This document shows, piece by piece, positions 17,564-25,517 of a stretch of 27,020 nucleotides of DNA. Positions within the stretch are counted from its first letter, which is position 1. The number at the start of each line of letters is the position of its first letter. The position numbers and the translations under genes were made by a program. The stretch is from Silvanigrellaceae bacterium (GTDB lineage Bacteria > Bdellovibrionota_B > Oligoflexia > Silvanigrellales > Silvanigrellaceae). The notes under the pieces are model-generated. The model made no database searches. It saw nothing but the letters and a program-made list of their open reading frames with translations, and was not told the DNA's origin. Location of the stretch: NCBI GenBank assembly GCA_049423385.1, contig JBMSQQ010000046.1:1-27020 (forward strand), read 5' to 3'.

Positions 17564-18712
17564 TCACAGTTCCAAGACAGCCGAGAGAATTTCCCGGTCC
17601 TCTTTCACCGGCAAAGAAACACTTTCAAGCCAATCACTGCGGCTCTGGTTCCAGCCAAATTCGTTGACCATGAACTCGAAGGCACGCAGTTGGGTCAGCA
17701 CCCGACGCACTGCCATGTTTGTTCCACGCAAACCTTCGCGCGCGCTCAAATCGCAGTAATCCGAAATGTGCAGCGGTGCTTCCTGAGTGCAGTCGAAAGG
17801 CATCATCAAACAAATTTCCGCATCGGCATCCGAGTCCAACACTCCGTTGTTCCATTCCCGGAATCCGTTGTGCACGCGAATTTTCAGGCGTTGGTTGGAA
17901 ACCTGTTCGCGGTGTTGAACGATTGTGCATGCCAAAAGAACATCTGCTTCGAGTTGCGGAGACAGGCGCCAGCATTTGAGTGGTTTCTTTTCGAGCGCAA
18001 GAGTCTCGGGTGCAACGGGGCGCCACTGTGCGCTCGTCCGTTGCGTGTAAAGCAGACGGTACCAAAGCAAATCGACGGTGGAGACGTAGGGAAGGGTGCG
18101 CCACCAATTGTTTTCCTGGGCCTGAAGAGTGTCGCCTGCAATGGATGCGGGTCTGAGGGCTTCGCCTTCGGAATCGAGGATTTCGCACATGGCCGCAGCG
18201 GGTGGCAGTCCGGCAAGCTGACAGAGTTCCATAACCGCTTCCGTGTGTCCTGTTCGGGCAAGAAGTCCACCATCTTGTGCACGCACCGGGAACACATGCC
18301 CCGGGCTCAAAAAGTCGTGGTGCGTGGTTGTGGCTTCGCCCATCAGGCGAATGGTGTGCGATCTGTCACTGGCAGAGATGCCACTCGTGATGTTGTTTCG
18401 GGCGTCAATGGAGAGCGTGAAGCCAGTGTGTGACATGCCACCCGGCCACTTGGGTGCCGAAGCAATTCCGAGTCTGTCGGCGAGCTCGTGCGAAACGGAG
18501 ACGCACAAAAGCCCACAGGCTTTGCGGATAGCCAGATTCACAAGTTCCGGTGTCGCAAATGAGGCGTGAAAAACAAGGTCTGCCTCGTTTTCACGGCGTC
18601 CATCGTCACCCACGAGAATAGCCTGCCCTTGCGAAAATGCCTGAACAGCCCGGCTGACCCGGTTTCTCATGGCTCCCAGTTCGCGGGAATGGCTGTTGGC
18701 TGTGGCCCTCAT
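17564..18712 (-). CDS. ribB: 3,4-dihydroxy-2-butanone-4-phosphate synthase with C-terminal extension (RibBX-like)
   Basis: DD.RRENEADL, GLLCV, FTLSIDA, TSGISASDR, PGHVFP, GGLLARTGHTEA and CEI motifs; about 160 extra C-terminal aa. Confidence 0.9.
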   Translation of the reverse strand: MRATANSHSRELGAMRNRVSRAVQAFSQGQAILVGDDGRRENEADLVFHASFATPELVNLAIRKACGLLCVSVSHELADRLGIASAPKWPGGMSHTGFTLSIDARNNITSGISASDRSHTIRLMGEATTTHHDFLSPGHVFPVRAQDGGLLARTGHTEAVMELCQLAGLPPAAAMCEILDSEGEALRPASIAGDTLQAQENNWWRTLPYVSTVDLLWYRLLYTQRTSAQWRPVAPETLALEKKPLKCWRLSPQLEADVLLACTIVQHREQVSNQRLKIRVHNGFREWNNGVLDSDADAEICLMMPFDCTQEAPLHISDYCDLSAREGLRGTNMAVRRVLTQLRAFEFMVNEFGWNQSRSDWLESVSLPVKEDREILSAVLEL

Positions 18713-18872
18713 TTATCCCTCACTTGAATCTTTAAGACCCTGAAAAGTCGCAACTTTCACATTTTTTCGGAACTTTTGGGTCAAGCCCCGCCGGCGAACC
18801 TCCGAAGCAACCACGTCCAAGTTTTGACGCTGTTTTCAGAGGTCGTAATCCAACTCTCGGGCAGGGAATATT

Positions 18873-20939
18873 ATGGAACGTCAAAAAACGAAATGGCGTT
18901 TTCAAAATATCGCAACTCTGGGGTCGCTTGCCTCTGTTTTGGCGGTTTGCCCGGGGGTTACGCAGGCCGATCTTGTCGACAGGTCCCAGGACAATCCAGA
19001 ACAGCCATTGGTGAGACTAGCAGCCCGGGCGCCGCATCTTTCGGCAGGTGCCCCGCCGCTCCCCGGCCTGAAGGGGTCCTTCAGCGATTTCAGGATGCCG
19101 GATGAAGAGCGGTTTTGGGAAATTCACGGGGTCAAGACCAGCCCCGAGCTCAAGCGAGCCGTACAAAGACTTTCAGAGCACCTCGTCGGGACCTCGCGAG
19201 AAAAGACTGCGGCGTTCAAATACTGCGAAGCGCGCAAGGAAACCGCGGGCAAACTCGACAAGTTCATCCTCACGCCAGAGGGGATCTCGTGCTTGTATTG
19301 GCGTTGGCAAAACCTTCTCAAGGAGCGCAAAGCGGAAGAGGCTGCAAACAAGCCCAAGGAGGCCCGGGCCACCTCACATGCCTCCGCAGGCAAAAAGAAA
19401 TCCGGACGCAAAAAACAAGTGATTGCGACCGTGAGCTTGAGATCGACGACCGAATTGATGGCATTTTCCGGTGTGCCATACGATGTGGTACTCAAAAAAA
19501 TCGAGTTCAAAAGTGAAGCGGAAGCTCTGAAGGCAGCGCGCATCGCACAGGAGTCTCCCAAGGACTGTCGCTTGACGTCCGTTCGTTCGGCAGTGATGCG
19601 TGATTTGGAAAATTTTCTGCCCAGCGAGTCCATCTGGTCTGCCATGAATCAAGTTTACGGGGTGTTGGCTCCTTGCCTCGACCCGGGACACGAGGCCTTC
19701 GAGTTGGTCAACGGAAGGTTGGCTTTGCTGAGTCTCGATCGAAACCAAATCGATCGTTCAGCGTCGTTGCTCGAGGTCACGCTTCAAGGGAAGAGCCTCA
19801 AGGATGAACACACTTATCTTTTCTGGCGCGGGTTTATTGATTCGCTTCAGGCCGCCCCGGTGGCTGCGTCCGCATCACCGGCTCAAGCCTCGCAGGCTGG
19901 AGGCAGCTCAACTTCGGCCCCGATCAGCGGAATGGTCAAGCCCAGAAACACATATTGGGACAGATTGATTGAGCGCTATCCACTGACACTGCATGCTCTG
20001 GTTGCAGACCAAATCAATGGCAACGACGCCTATGAACGCTATGCCCAGCGTCCGCAGCCCAACGTCAGTGCATACGAAGGACAGGAATGGAATCTTGAAA
20101 ATGTGTCCCACCTGATGTCGGGCATCTACATGGTGAAAGGCAAGAAGGCAGAGCTCGACAGAATCGCACGTTTGCTCGAAGACGGCGTGGGTCTGTTGTC
20201 TTTCGAGTCGGCAATGTTCAGGGTCAAGATGTTCGAAGCCGCGGGTCATCAGCGTTCCGTTATCAAGACGGTCTCCCAAAGCGTGAAAACCTTCGGTTCA
20301 GCAAATCTGAGTGTGCCGCTCTTGTCATTGTTGTATCCGGTCAAGTTCAGGAATGAAATTGCCCAGCAGGCTTCCTACATCGATCCTGCTCTGATTTTTT
20401 CGCTCATTCGTCAGGAAAGCTCATTCAATCCAAAGGCAACCAGTCCCGTGGGTGCACGAGGATTGATGCAGGTGATGCCCAACACCGCGCGCAGGATTGA
20501 GCGCAAACGCAATCTCGATCTCTACGATCCCAACACCAACATTCGTTTGGGCTCAAAATATTTGAACATCCTCTGGAAGAAGCATGGTGGGGATTATTCC
20601 CGATTGATTGCGTCCTACAATGCGGGTCCGAACAATACGCTCAAATGGGACAACCGCTACCGTGGCCATGTTCCTTTGCTGTTTGCGGACCTGGTTCCGT
20701 TTCCGGAAACACGCCATTACGTGAGTGGCCTGATGAGGCACATGTACTGGTACAGGGCCTTGGTTTCGCACATCAAGGAAAATTCGGGAGCAGCAAAGAT
20801 CAATTGGTCGTGGGCATTGATGGATGTGGTGCCACGAGGTGAGCAATTCGGGATTGCCAGAGACAAGGTCGCTCAAGTCAAACTGGAAACCCTGCCTTGG
20901 ATGACTCCCCAGATGGGCAAGTCGGCCGCCGAGCGCTGA
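18873..20939 (+). CDS. Soluble lytic transglycosylase (SLT domain) with helical N-terminal region
   Basis: LIRQESSFNPKATSPVGARGLMQVMP.TA, NIRLGSKYL, ASYNAGP and PFPETRHYV; signal-peptide-like N-terminus. Confidence 0.93.
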   Translation: MERQKTKWRFQNIATLGSLASVLAVCPGVTQADLVDRSQDNPEQPLVRLAARAPHLSAGAPPLPGLKGSFSDFRMPDEERFWEIHGVKTSPELKRAVQRLSEHLVGTSREKTAAFKYCEARKETAGKLDKFILTPEGISCLYWRWQNLLKERKAEEAANKPKEARATSHASAGKKKSGRKKQVIATVSLRSTTELMAFSGVPYDVVLKKIEFKSEAEALKAARIAQESPKDCRLTSVRSAVMRDLENFLPSESIWSAMNQVYGVLAPCLDPGHEAFELVNGRLALLSLDRNQIDRSASLLEVTLQGKSLKDEHTYLFWRGFIDSLQAAPVAASASPAQASQAGGSSTSAPISGMVKPRNTYWDRLIERYPLTLHALVADQINGNDAYERYAQRPQPNVSAYEGQEWNLENVSHLMSGIYMVKGKKAELDRIARLLEDGVGLLSFESAMFRVKMFEAAGHQRSVIKTVSQSVKTFGSANLSVPLLSLLYPVKFRNEIAQQASYIDPALIFSLIRQESSFNPKATSPVGARGLMQVMPNTARRIERKRNLDLYDPNTNIRLGSKYLNILWKKHGGDYSRLIASYNAGPNNTLKWDNRYRGHVPLLFADLVPFPETRHYVSGLMRHMYWYRALVSHIKENSGAAKINWSWALMDVVPRGEQFGIARDKVAQVKLETLPWMTPQMGKSAAER

Positions 20940-20945
20940 AGGACC

Positions 20946-21677
20946 TCAGCGTGCGTCAATGGAGTCGATTGATGCAACAGGATCGTGGGTCGGCAAAATA
21001 AAAACCCAGTCGGGCATGGCTTTTTTGGAATCATCGAGGATCCTGGCGAGACAGACACGCTGATTGAGTTCGAGCGGAATGGCCTCGTTCATCACATACG
21101 AGACCGCCGTTTGCCCGATAACGAGACCTTCATAGGAAATCTCGAATTGGTTTTGCTTCTCGAGGCATTTGACGAAACCCTGGTTGGAGGGAGGAAAGCT
21201 CGAATCACCGGCCGGACTGTTGATCAGAATGCGGATGCGTTCGCCCCGGACAAATGCTTCCCGTCCACCCAAATTCAGATTGTTTGTGCCATTGGGATGA
21301 ATTTCAAGGCGACAAAGTCCGGATTGTGCGCTGCCCTTCACAACGAACGGGCGCGCATAGTTGGACCAGCTGCCATCGAGCCACATTTCTTGTCCATTTG
21401 CGGTCGTCAATTTGCGGGGCGGCAACGATGCACAAGGAATGAGGTCTTCGCGCAAGAGAATCAACGAGGCAGCTGCGAGTTTGGCCGAAGCTGACTGTGC
21501 GAAGCGATCTTCATCGAGGGAATGGGGGTGCTGTCTGCCGTTGGCTGGTACACGTGTTGCCAGCGCGCGATAAGAATCCAGGCGTGCCTTGTATGTTGGT
21601 CCGCACGATCCCACGAGTTGCGTCGAAAGCAACGCAACAGCGAAAGTGGAATAGGATATCAAGCGCAGAACGTTCAA
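20946..21677 (-). CDS. Hypothetical lipoprotein
   Basis: TTG start 5 nt after GGAGG; hydrophobic N-terminus ending VGS-C; no family recognised. Confidence 0.7.
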   Translation of the reverse strand: MNVLRLISYSTFAVALLSTQLVGSCGPTYKARLDSYRALATRVPANGRQHPHSLDEDRFAQSASAKLAAASLILLREDLIPCASLPPRKLTTANGQEMWLDGSWSNYARPFVVKGSAQSGLCRLEIHPNGTNNLNLGGREAFVRGERIRILINSPAGDSSFPPSNQGFVKCLEKQNQFEISYEGLVIGQTAVSYVMNEAIPLELNQRVCLARILDDSKKAMPDWVFILPTHDPVASIDSIDAR

Positions 21678-21696
21678 CGGAACCTCCCCGTTCTGG

Positions 21697-21723
21697 GTAT
21701 CGGATGGAACACGTTGAAATGAA
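21697..21723 (-). promoter_or_regulatory. Possible sigma-28-type promoter (good -10, weak -35)
   Basis: Minus strand TTCATTTC-N11-TCCGATAC, 20 nt before the start. Shares TCCGATACCC with the site at 24089-24115. Confidence 0.35.
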
Positions 21724-21728
21724 GGGCG

Positions 21729-23207
21729 TCAAAGACCCGCGATTGCGAGCCAATTCGCATAGAGAGCTTCGGACCTGTCGGCAAGAATCGAACGCTTCAG
21801 GCCTTTGTCCAGCTTTTTGCCAGGTTTTAAATTTTCTAGTTCTGGATATTTTGCCTTGCTCTTTTCAAGATCTTCGGTGCTGACTTCACTGAAGAGTCCC
21901 CAGTGAATATTCATCGGGCAGTAGTGTTCGGGCAAACTGTCGCGCAGGTGCGCCACCAGGCTGCCCATCGCGGTGTCCTTGGGAGGCAAAACAAATTCCC
22001 TGTTTCGCACTGCCGTTTGTCCGACGAGGTGGCCAATCAGAAGGCCCGTCGCTGCGCTTTCCACGTAACCTTCAACCCCGCTGATTTGCCCAGCCAGCCA
22101 CACGCTGGAATTGAATTTCAAGGACAAATCATTTCTGTTCAAAAGTCGTGGTGCATTCAGATAGGTGTTCCGATGCATGCTGCCCATGCGATGAAACTCC
22201 GCGTTGGCAAGACCAGGCAACATTCGAAAGATCCGCTTCTGCTCGGGCCATTTCAAGCGCGTTTGAAAGCCAACCATGTTGAATGAGCCATCGCCGAGTT
22301 TCTCGCGGCGCAGTTGCACGGCTGCATAGGGCCGTCGACCCGTGCGCGGATCATCAAGACCCATCGGCTTCATGGGCCCAAATGCAAGTGTCATGGGCCC
22401 ACTGTCCGCCAGCACCTCAATTGGCTGACAACCGTTGAAAAACCGCGGCTCCTCGAAATCATGATAGGGAACTTTTTCACCATTCTTGAGAGCTTCAACG
22501 AAGGCGAAATATTCTTCCTTGTTGAGAGGCAGGTTGAGATAATGACCCGTTTCGCCATCGTTGACGTGGCCACCCGAGGGGTCGACTCCTGCCTGCAGTT
22601 CTTTCAGTTTTGCATCGCGTGACGCGGTTCTGGTCTTGCGGTTGGCAAAAAAGGCAATCGCATGATCGATGGTATCGCCATCGATGATGGGAGCGATCGC
22701 ATCATAAAAATAGAGACCCTGGGAATCGGTTCGGGCACGCAAGTCATCTGCAAGCCCGTTCGCAGTCAGTGGTCCTGTGGCTATGATGACCTTTTCAACA
22801 CCATAACCGAAGACCTCATCAACACTTTGCACCTGTTGTTCATGGACAGTGATCCCTGGATGATTCCGCAATGAGTGGGTGATGAAACCGGAAAACAACT
22901 CACGGTCCACAGCCAGAGCTTCTCCAGCAGGAACTTCGCTTTGTTGGGATGCAAGGATCATCAGGCTTCCCAACGCCTGCATTTCACTTTTCAACAGCCC
23001 GGCAGGGTTGAGTCGACTTTTGCTTTTAAGGCTGTTCGAACAGACAAGTTCCGCAAAATGATGCGGCTCGGATTGAGCAGGTGTGGGCGAGTGCGACTTC
23101 ATCTCGAAGAGCAGGACTTCGGCATCATAAGTGTTGGCCAAGACCCAGGCAGCTTCACTGCCTGCTAGTCCTGCTCCAACCACTGCAATTCTTTTTTTCA
23201 AGGACAA
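21729..23207 (-). CDS. trmFO: Folate/FAD-dependent tRNA m5U54 methyltransferase TrmFO (Gid)
   Basis: GAGLAGSEAA, AELVCSNS, LYFYDAIAP, GCQPIE, FGPMKPMGL, VGFQTRLKWPEQKRIFR, MHRNTY, AGQISGVEGYVESAA. Start is TTG 23207 or 23201 (TTGA overlap with upstream stop). Confidence 0.97.
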   Translation of the reverse strand: MSLKKRIAVVGAGLAGSEAAWVLANTYDAEVLLFEMKSHSPTPAQSEPHHFAELVCSNSLKSKSRLNPAGLLKSEMQALGSLMILASQQSEVPAGEALAVDRELFSGFITHSLRNHPGITVHEQQVQSVDEVFGYGVEKVIIATGPLTANGLADDLRARTDSQGLYFYDAIAPIIDGDTIDHAIAFFANRKTRTASRDAKLKELQAGVDPSGGHVNDGETGHYLNLPLNKEEYFAFVEALKNGEKVPYHDFEEPRFFNGCQPIEVLADSGPMTLAFGPMKPMGLDDPRTGRRPYAAVQLRREKLGDGSFNMVGFQTRLKWPEQKRIFRMLPGLANAEFHRMGSMHRNTYLNAPRLLNRNDLSLKFNSSVWLAGQISGVEGYVESAATGLLIGHLVGQTAVRNREFVLPPKDTAMGSLVAHLRDSLPEHYCPMNIHWGLFSEVSTEDLEKSKAKYPELENLKPGKKLDKGLKRSILADRSEALYANWLAIAGL

Positions 23208-24052
23208 TCCAAATTCGTGGTTTCAACGTAACACATGAGTTCGGGTGACCAGCGCATCAGCGCGGGGCGATGCATGAAGAATGGTCCCCAGGCAACCCGA
23301 ATGGTTTCGGGCTTGGCGTAACATGCTGTCTGGCCTGTCGTCACGAGGGTGAGGTCATCATCTACAACAGGCATGCCGTTGTAGACGCGATCTGGAACTT
23401 TAAGCCAACAGTTCTGGTTGCTTTTGTTGACTTTGCAGGCAACAGTGTCCTTGAATTTACTGCAATCGCGAGAAATGCCTGTTCCTGCGACAGGTGTCTT
23501 GGCCGGGACAGGAGCATTTCCGGGGCGAGCCACCAGGAATTGTCGGCTCATATAACCAACCTTTCCTTTGTATCTGACTTTTGTCCAATCCGGGCCCGAG
23601 TTTCCAAGGCTGCACACTTCGTCGCCCTCATTTGCGCAATCAATCATGGCGGCCGATGTGTTGGGTTGTTCACGCTGCTTGAGGCAGCTTGTGGTGCCTG
23701 TGACAAACATCGAAATGCACTCGCCACTGTCACCGGACGCAACGGAATTGTTGAGCTCGTTGTAGAGCTCCATCGGCCACGTGGGTTGCAGGCAAATCGA
23801 AGGGTCGCCCTTGTCGTATTTCATCTTGCAGGCTTCAACCAAGGTCTGCGGAAATCCGCCTTGCGGTGCACACTTGGTCTTCACTTCGTCGCACACTGGG
23901 GCTGCGGCTGCCGGGCTTTGAAGCGGGGCTGGCGCAACAGGTGCGGGCTCATCGGTTTGCTCGATGGGCTGGCAAGCGTTGAGGTTTGCAATCAGCACAG
24001 TGGCGGCTCCTGCCGCAACCAGCATCAGATAATTATTGACCCGACGAGCCAT
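23198..24052 (-). CDS. Cys-rich lipoprotein with bacterial SH3 (SH3b)-like domain
   Basis: AAGGAGG RBS; LNA-C lipobox; Pro/Ala linkers; LKQREQPNTSA..I.....GDEV...DWTKVRYKGKVGYMSRQFL matches the SH3b pattern. Confidence 0.8.
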   Translation of the reverse strand: MARRVNNYLMLVAAGAATVLIANLNACQPIEQTDEPAPVAPAPLQSPAAAAPVCDEVKTKCAPQGGFPQTLVEACKMKYDKGDPSICLQPTWPMELYNELNNSVASGDSGECISMFVTGTTSCLKQREQPNTSAAMIDCANEGDEVCSLGNSGPDWTKVRYKGKVGYMSRQFLVARPGNAPVPAKTPVAGTGISRDCSKFKDTVACKVNKSNQNCWLKVPDRVYNGMPVVDDDLTLVTTGQTACYAKPETIRVAWGPFFMHRPALMRWSPELMCYVETTNLDCP

Positions 24053-24088
24053 GGCTCAGTCCTCCTTGGACAGATACATACGCTCGGG

Positions 24089-24115
24089 GTATCGGAGGCG
24101 TTGGGTACAACTTGA
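24089..24115 (-). promoter_or_regulatory. Sigma-28 (FliA)-like promoter
   Basis: Minus strand TCAAGTTG-N11-TCCGATAC versus consensus TAAAGTTT-N11-GCCGATAA; 37 nt upstream of ATG 24052. Confidence 0.55.
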
Positions 24116-24147
24116 GCAAAAAGCTCGGTGGTGGCGAAGATTTGACG

Positions 24148-24181
24148 AAAAAAAAAGTACCACTTCGTCACGAAGTGGTAC
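24148..24181 (-). terminator. Intrinsic terminator
   Basis: Perfect inverted repeat GTACCACTTCGT-C-ACGAAGTGGTAC (24157-24181) directly followed on the minus strand by nine U residues (A-tract 24148-24156). Confidence 0.85.
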
Positions 24182-24300
24182 GCAAGGAAGAACAGACCAT
24201 GTCCGACAACGTAATCTTTCGATCACCTTGCCCTTTGGGCATGCGGAAATTTGTTCCGCTGCGGCCGCCGGGTCAAGTTTCGCGAAGCGTATTGCTTCAA
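24148..24300 (-). ncRNA. Candidate structured non-coding RNA (unassigned family; 5' end uncertain)
   Basis: Four-way junction at 24203-24271 with a C-GAAA-G tetraloop and G.U pairs that work only on the minus strand, followed by the terminator. Confidence 0.5.
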
Positions 24301-24377
24301 TTTCACAATTTGATGTTTTAATGCAATTGTCGAAAGGTTACTTTGTGTTGGACCAAGCCGCAGACAAGGAGCCCAGG

Positions 24378-25508
24378 GTGGAACAGCGAGCCTACGTGGT
24401 TGTGACTGGCGCACATGGATTTATCGGAAACCATATCCTCGAAAAAATTCTCACCGCCGAAATTTCGGACCTCAAAAAAGCCCCGGAGGATTTGACCGGG
24501 GAAGAGCAAAAGCCGCGAACGGCCCAAGTGCGGTTTTCACAGCAATTGAATGTTCCGCAAAGTTCGCTGGATGTTTGGGCCGTGGATTTGCCCGAGTCGA
24601 CAAGTCGTCCGACGGCGCATCGTTTTGCCCAGTCCAGTCGGGTGAAGATGGTTTTCCTCAAGGACCTCATGAGTGAACTGAGGGCTGCCAGCCATCCACC
24701 GCTGGCAGTCATCCACAACGGTGCCTGTTCTTCCACGGTTGAAACCAACCCTGCAGTTTTTTCCGAATTGAACGTCGGCTCTTCGCAGGACCTTTGGAAT
24801 TACTGTGCCGAAAAAAATATCCCCTTCATTTATGCTTCAAGTGCCGCAGTGTATGGCGACGGACTGAAAGGTTTTTCAGATGCCGGTGCATCTGCATCGG
24901 GATTCACTCCCCTCAATCTTTATGGTCATTCAAAGCTCGACTTCGACCTTTGGGCACAGTCCCAAAGCAAGGCGCCACCGTACTGGTTTGGTCTGCGTTA
25001 CTTCAACGTCTACGGTCCATTTGAAGGTCACAAGGGGGGGCAGGCAAGCATGGTTTTCCATGGCTACCAGCAGGCCACCCGAACCGGTTCGATTCGCCTC
25101 TTCAAAAGCAACACGGCCCGTTATGGCGATGGAGATCAGCTCCGGGACTTTGTTTACGTGAAAGACATTGTCCGCGTGACGATGCATCTGTTGAAAATTT
25201 CCCTTTCGCAGAGCCTTCCGCAAACGGCGCAAAACCTGTTGTCCGGCCCCGGGCGTGGTTGCTTTGTGAATGTTGGCACAGGCGAGGCCAGAAGCTGGAA
25301 CCATCTTGCCGCTGCCGTTTTTGATGCAATCGCACTGCCGCGCAAGATCGAATATATTGAGATACCGGGAAATATTGCAGGTCAGTATCAGAACTACACG
25401 TGTGCCGACATTTCAAACCTGAGAGCTTTGGGTTTCAAGGCGAAGTTCACAACTCTCGAGGACGGTGTTCGCGAGTATGTCCAGCGATATCTGATGCGCG
25501 GTCTTTGA
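24378..25508 (+). CDS. hldD: ADP-L-glycero-D-manno-heptose 6-epimerase
   Basis: VVTGAHGFIG, HNGACSST.E, YASSAAVYG, PLNLYGHSK, GLRYFNVYGP.E.HKG..ASMV, RDFVYVKD, QYQNYT.AD. Start reassigned to GTG 24378 after AAGGAG (24366-24371). Confidence 0.93.
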   Translation: MEQRAYVVVTGAHGFIGNHILEKILTAEISDLKKAPEDLTGEEQKPRTAQVRFSQQLNVPQSSLDVWAVDLPESTSRPTAHRFAQSSRVKMVFLKDLMSELRAASHPPLAVIHNGACSSTVETNPAVFSELNVGSSQDLWNYCAEKNIPFIYASSAAVYGDGLKGFSDAGASASGFTPLNLYGHSKLDFDLWAQSQSKAPPYWFGLRYFNVYGPFEGHKGGQASMVFHGYQQATRTGSIRLFKSNTARYGDGDQLRDFVYVKDIVRVTMHLLKISLSQSLPQTAQNLLSGPGRGCFVNVGTGEARSWNHLAAAVFDAIALPRKIEYIEIPGNIAGQYQNYTCADISNLRALGFKAKFTTLEDGVREYVQRYLMRGL

Positions 25509-25517
25509 GGAGCAGAA

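Noticed and set aside
18713..18872. FMN riboswitch upstream of ribB
   Set aside because: RFN core motifs are absent in the 160-bp spacer; only a short imperfect inverted repeat at 18741-18759.
24203..24271. Cloverleaf as a tRNA
   Set aside because: No 7-nt anticodon loop, TTC T-loop or D-loop GG, and the arm lengths are wrong.
24036..24377. N-terminal 114 aa of the 490-aa hldD ORF
   Set aside because: No HldD similarity, overlaps the divergent gene and crosses the terminator; a clear RBS precedes GTG 24378.
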